A DNA stretch of 64,000 nt from contig CBFIJD010000003.1 of assembly GCA_965662845.1 (NCBI GenBank), forward strand, positions 67,427 through 131,426, read 5' to 3'. The notes beneath the pieces were generated by a model, which worked only from the letters and a program-made list of their open reading frames with translations, had not been told where the DNA came from and did not search any database. The DNA comes from an uncultured bacterium (GTDB lineage Bacteria > SAR324 > NAC60-12). A program made the translations under genes and the position numbers. Positions 61,388 through 64,000 of the stretch are shown piece by piece (the first letter of the stretch is position 1; each line of letters opens with the position of its first letter).

Positions 61388-62512
61388 CTAGAACTCAACG
61401 TGCAACACGGGTTCGATCAACGTGAAGTTTCGTCCGTCTTCGGGTTCTTGTTCCGCGGAAATGAGGTGTGTGATCTGACCATCCACGATTAGCAAATGGG
61501 GCCGAGCTCGAGAAGACCGGGTTGTTGTCCCGTCGGTATACCTGACAACCGTGCTCGCATTCTCACCCGTGTCCACCTCACCCGTATACACCCAGTCCTT
61601 CCCATCAATTGAATAAGCGTGGCCCAGAGCATCATGGAATGGCTGGCCCGCTGGGATGACCATGTCGTGAAGAAGAGCGTGGTAAATTTTCTCCTCGTGG
61701 TCATACCATACGAACATGTCCTCAAGGCCTTCTGGAGTGTGCCCGCCATAAGGGGTTTTGAACAAAGGGGTTTCCTGCTCCTGCCATTCGTAGGTCTCGG
61801 GATCAAGATAGTTTGTAGCGCTTACCCAGTGGACCTGGGAACCTTTGGGATAGGTGCGCCAGAGACCAACTAAGGATCCGTCTTGATGGACTACCGCCGA
61901 GAAGTTGGCGTCGATGCCGTCGAGAAGTTTTCGTGGTTCAAGGATCACGATAGGGTCTGACCAGGGGCCGTAAGGCGAGTCGGCGGTGACCAGAACGGTC
62001 GCTTCGGTTGAGGCTCCTAGATTGACCTCTCGCGTTGGCTGTCCATCTTCATGAAACTCGACGGCCGGCCCATAGCTCGAAGGGCCCAGCTTACCGTCGA
62101 CTACTCCCGCAGTAAGAAACGCGATCCATTTGCCGCCAGGGCCACGCTTGACGTCAACGGCATGGGCGAATACGGGAAAGGCGTCGCCCACATATTCGTA
62201 TGGCCCTTGAGGGTTTGTTGAAGTGGCGTGAATGACGTATGAATTGACAGGCCAATATTCAATATCGGCATTGTTGGCAATGACTGAAACCCACATATGG
62301 TAAAGTCCGTCGTCCCCGCGCAAAACCGACGCCCCCCAAGAGTCACCCCACGGGGCAGCATCCTCACGCGTTGGCCTAAACCCAGTTCCTCGGTGTGCTG
62401 GTCCCAAGGACAAGTGAAACGAATCGCTAAATTGCTGAGACGCCCCGCCAGATTGCCCGTTGCATCCAACAGACATGACAAGCACAACGAACATGACAAA
62501 CGCCGGGAGCAT
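61388..62512 (-). CDS. Putative five-bladed beta-propeller glycoside hydrolase lipoprotein (GH43-like clan), in frame with an IS66 fragment
   Basis: Lipobox SVGC; SWGASV, DDGLYHMW, PQGPY, PYGPWS, EDMFVW, YSIDGKDW, RPHL. Confidence 0.65.
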   Translation of the reverse strand: MLPAFVMFVVLVMSVGCNGQSGGASQQFSDSFHLSLGPAHRGTGFRPTREDAAPWGDSWGASVLRGDDGLYHMWVSVIANNADIEYWPVNSYVIHATSTNPQGPYEYVGDAFPVFAHAVDVKRGPGGKWIAFLTAGVVDGKLGPSSYGPAVEFHEDGQPTREVNLGASTEATVLVTADSPYGPWSDPIVILEPRKLLDGIDANFSAVVHQDGSLVGLWRTYPKGSQVHWVSATNYLDPETYEWQEQETPLFKTPYGGHTPEGLEDMFVWYDHEEKIYHALLHDMVIPAGQPFHDALGHAYSIDGKDWVYTGEVDTGENASTVVRYTDGTTTRSSRARPHLLIVDGQITHLISAEQEPEDGRNFTLIEPVLHVEF

Positions 62513-62537
62513 GTGATGCTGGTACAGCACGAGAGCG

Positions 62538-62879
62538 AGGCTGCACGTCTGCTTGCGCAGGTCAGCTCTTAAAGGTGGCTTCGAGGAGTTGTGGCGGCCT
62601 TTGGCCGGCTGTCCGCACAGTTTCTGGACCTCAGCCTGCAGCGCCCTGTTCTCCGCTCGCAAGGCGGCCACGTCTTGACGCAGGGCCACGAGCGCGTCGA
62701 AGAGCGCGTGAAGGAGGTGGTCTTTCTCGGCGTGCGAGAGGGTGCTGAGATCGGGGAGTTGTTCCATAAAAACTCTATCGGCGGTCCAGCCACTTTCTTG
62801 AATCCTCAAGCAACCCACCTCGGGAAGGCTGAACCGCCACTAGGCTGTTAGCGACAGTTTGGGGGGCCTGAATAGTCAC
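62538..62879 (-). mobile_element. IS66-family (single-ORF type) left-end remnant 1
   Basis: End GTGACTATTCAG; transposase N-terminus MEQLPDLSTLSHAEKD...HNSSKPP..DLRKQTCSL. Confidence 0.8.
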
Positions 62880-62894
62880 CTTCAACCTCCATTT

Positions 62895-63018
62895 TCCTAA
62901 CAATAAAACTAAGCGAGCTGCTCTTTTCAGCACGCAAAGTAATCATCGCCGACCAGTGTTCATCTCAATATGCAAATAGTTCCTGCAGACAGTTGATAGT
63001 TTTTATTTGTGCGCTTTT
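62895..63018. repeat. 124-bp direct repeat, copy B (native mazF 3' end + attC-like site 62895-62964)
   Basis: Near-identical to 60141-60264. Confidence 0.95.
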
Positions 63019-63294
63019 AGAAATGACTCCAAGCTTTTGAATTAATCTCGATTTATCAACAGCTCTCATTTGATCTAATAGAATCAGCCCGCGCTTTCTT
63101 TGGAACGTGCAATGAATTCGAGTTGGGAAGTCGAATCCCTTTGAAGTCATAGGGGCAACAATAGCAGTTTTTAGGGAGGACATTTCATTTGGTGAAATGA
63201 TCACACAAGGCCTTGTTTTTCTGATCTCAGATCCTTGTGTTGGATCCAATTGAACCAACCAAATATCAAACCTTTGTACTTTTTGTTTTACCAT
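62965..63294 (-). CDS. mazF: PemK/MazF family toxin
   Basis: LDPTQGSEIRKTRPCVIISP, VAPMT, DQMRAVDKSRL. Confidence 0.95.
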   Translation of the reverse strand: MVKQKVQRFDIWLVQLDPTQGSEIRKTRPCVIISPNEMSSLKTAIVAPMTSKGFDFPTRIHCTFQRKRGLILLDQMRAVDKSRLIQKLGVISKSAQIKTINCLQELFAY

Positions 63295-63542
63295 TCCCAG
63301 TCTTCGTCACTCGACAAAGGCGCATCAAGCCACTCTTGGTCTATTTCGCTTGAATCCTGAACGTACAAAGCCTTCTCAAACTTCTCAGCCCAGCCTTGCC
63401 TTGTTTTTTTAACAGGCTGAATTAAAAGTCCATCTTCCAGAACTTTAAATTCCAACTCTTGGTCATTTAATTGGGCTTGCTCTATGAGAGCTTTTGGAAT
63501 CCGAACACCTTGTGAGTTGCCTATTCTTATCAATGAAGTCAT
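63288..63542 (-). CDS. mazE: AbrB/MazE family antitoxin
   Basis: IRIGNSQGVRIPK, RQGW, acidic EWEW tail; overlaps the toxin start. Confidence 0.95.
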   Translation of the reverse strand: MTSLIRIGNSQGVRIPKALIEQAQLNDQELEFKVLEDGLLIQPVKKTRQGWAEKFEKALYVQDSSEIDQEWLDAPLSSDEDWEW

Positions 63543-63563
63543 AAAGCCTCCTTATCTTGCCTG

Positions 63564-63601
63564 TGTAATCACAATATAATTACACCGAGGAAGGCTGTCA
63601 A
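63564..63601 (-). promoter_or_regulatory. mazEF promoter with overlapping palindromic operator
   Basis: TTGACA-17-TATATT; TGTAAT-N9-ATTACA spans the -10; AAGGAGG RBS. Confidence 0.85.
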
Positions 63602-63610
63602 CACATCACA

Positions 63611-63865
63611 CTGGACCTCAGTCTGCAGCGCGCTGTTCTCCGCTTGCAAGACGGCCACGTCTTGACGCAGGGCTACGAGGGCGTCGAAGATCGCGTGAAT
63701 GATGTGGTCTTTCTCGGCGTGCGAGAGGGTGCTGAGATCAGGGAGCTGTTCCATAAGAGCTCTATCGGCAGTCCAGCCACTTTCTTGAATCCTCAAGTAA
63801 CTCGCCTCGGAAAGGCTGAACCGCCACTAGGCTGTTAGCGAAGTTTGGAGGGCCTGAACAGTTAC
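63611..63865 (-). mobile_element. IS66-family left-end remnant 2
   Basis: End GTAACTGTTCAG; about 255 bp homologous to 62624-62879. Confidence 0.82.
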
Positions 63866-63874
63866 TTTTTTCAA

Positions 63875-64000
63875 TTAACCAGCAATTTTCAAATCACTCA
63901 AACCAGCTTTTTCAAGTACGATGTTTTGTATGAATTCGCTTGCTTTTAATATTTCAATCCCCATTAGTTCACCCCTTTCATTCAACTCCGCTGTAATGTT
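63875..64000 (-). CDS. 3' part of a DUF2283-like protein (runs off the right edge)
   Basis: My translation NITAELNERGELMGIEILKAS... matches the DUF2283 G.L.GIEIL.AS pattern. Confidence 0.7.
   Translation of the reverse strand, partial: NITAELNERGELMGIEILKASEFIQNIVLEKAGLSDLKIAG

Overview
GC-rich bacterial chromosome segment (gene repertoire and order suggest a free-living deltaproteobacterial-type lineage such as SAR324; this is an impression only). 1-20.4 kb is mostly housekeeping: CYTH protein, hemN, a receiver/pseudo-kinase, a UvrD helicase, rimP-nusA-infB-rbfA-truB-rpsO-pnp, an Asp/Ser-repeat YHYH lipoprotein, mutL and an SBP + histidine kinase pair. 20.6-51.4 kb is an organosulfur-sugar/sugar-acid catabolic island with two parts. 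(i) A GntR-mtnK-ABC-mtnA operon also encodes a KDDH-type RuBisCO-like protein, an atypical fused transketolase and a class II aldolase. (ii) A complete hexuronate route (uxaC, uxuB-like, manD, kdgK, aldolase) surrounds a CUT1 ABC transporter, a likely sulfoquinovose monooxygenase (SmoC-like), a likely NAD+-dependent sulfoquinovosidase (GH188-like) and a YeiH exporter. Both parts suggest pathway variants I do not recognise as described. 51.7-59.3 kb holds scpA, meaB, an orphan DNA methyltransferase, murF and fbp. 59.3-64 kb is a largely AT-rich, decaying integron-type cassette array: attC sites, three toxin-antitoxin-type loci, a C5-methyltransferase stub, two IS66 left-end remnants and a 124-bp duplication, with no integrase in the window. 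All family assignments come from motif recognition and recall; no searches were run.
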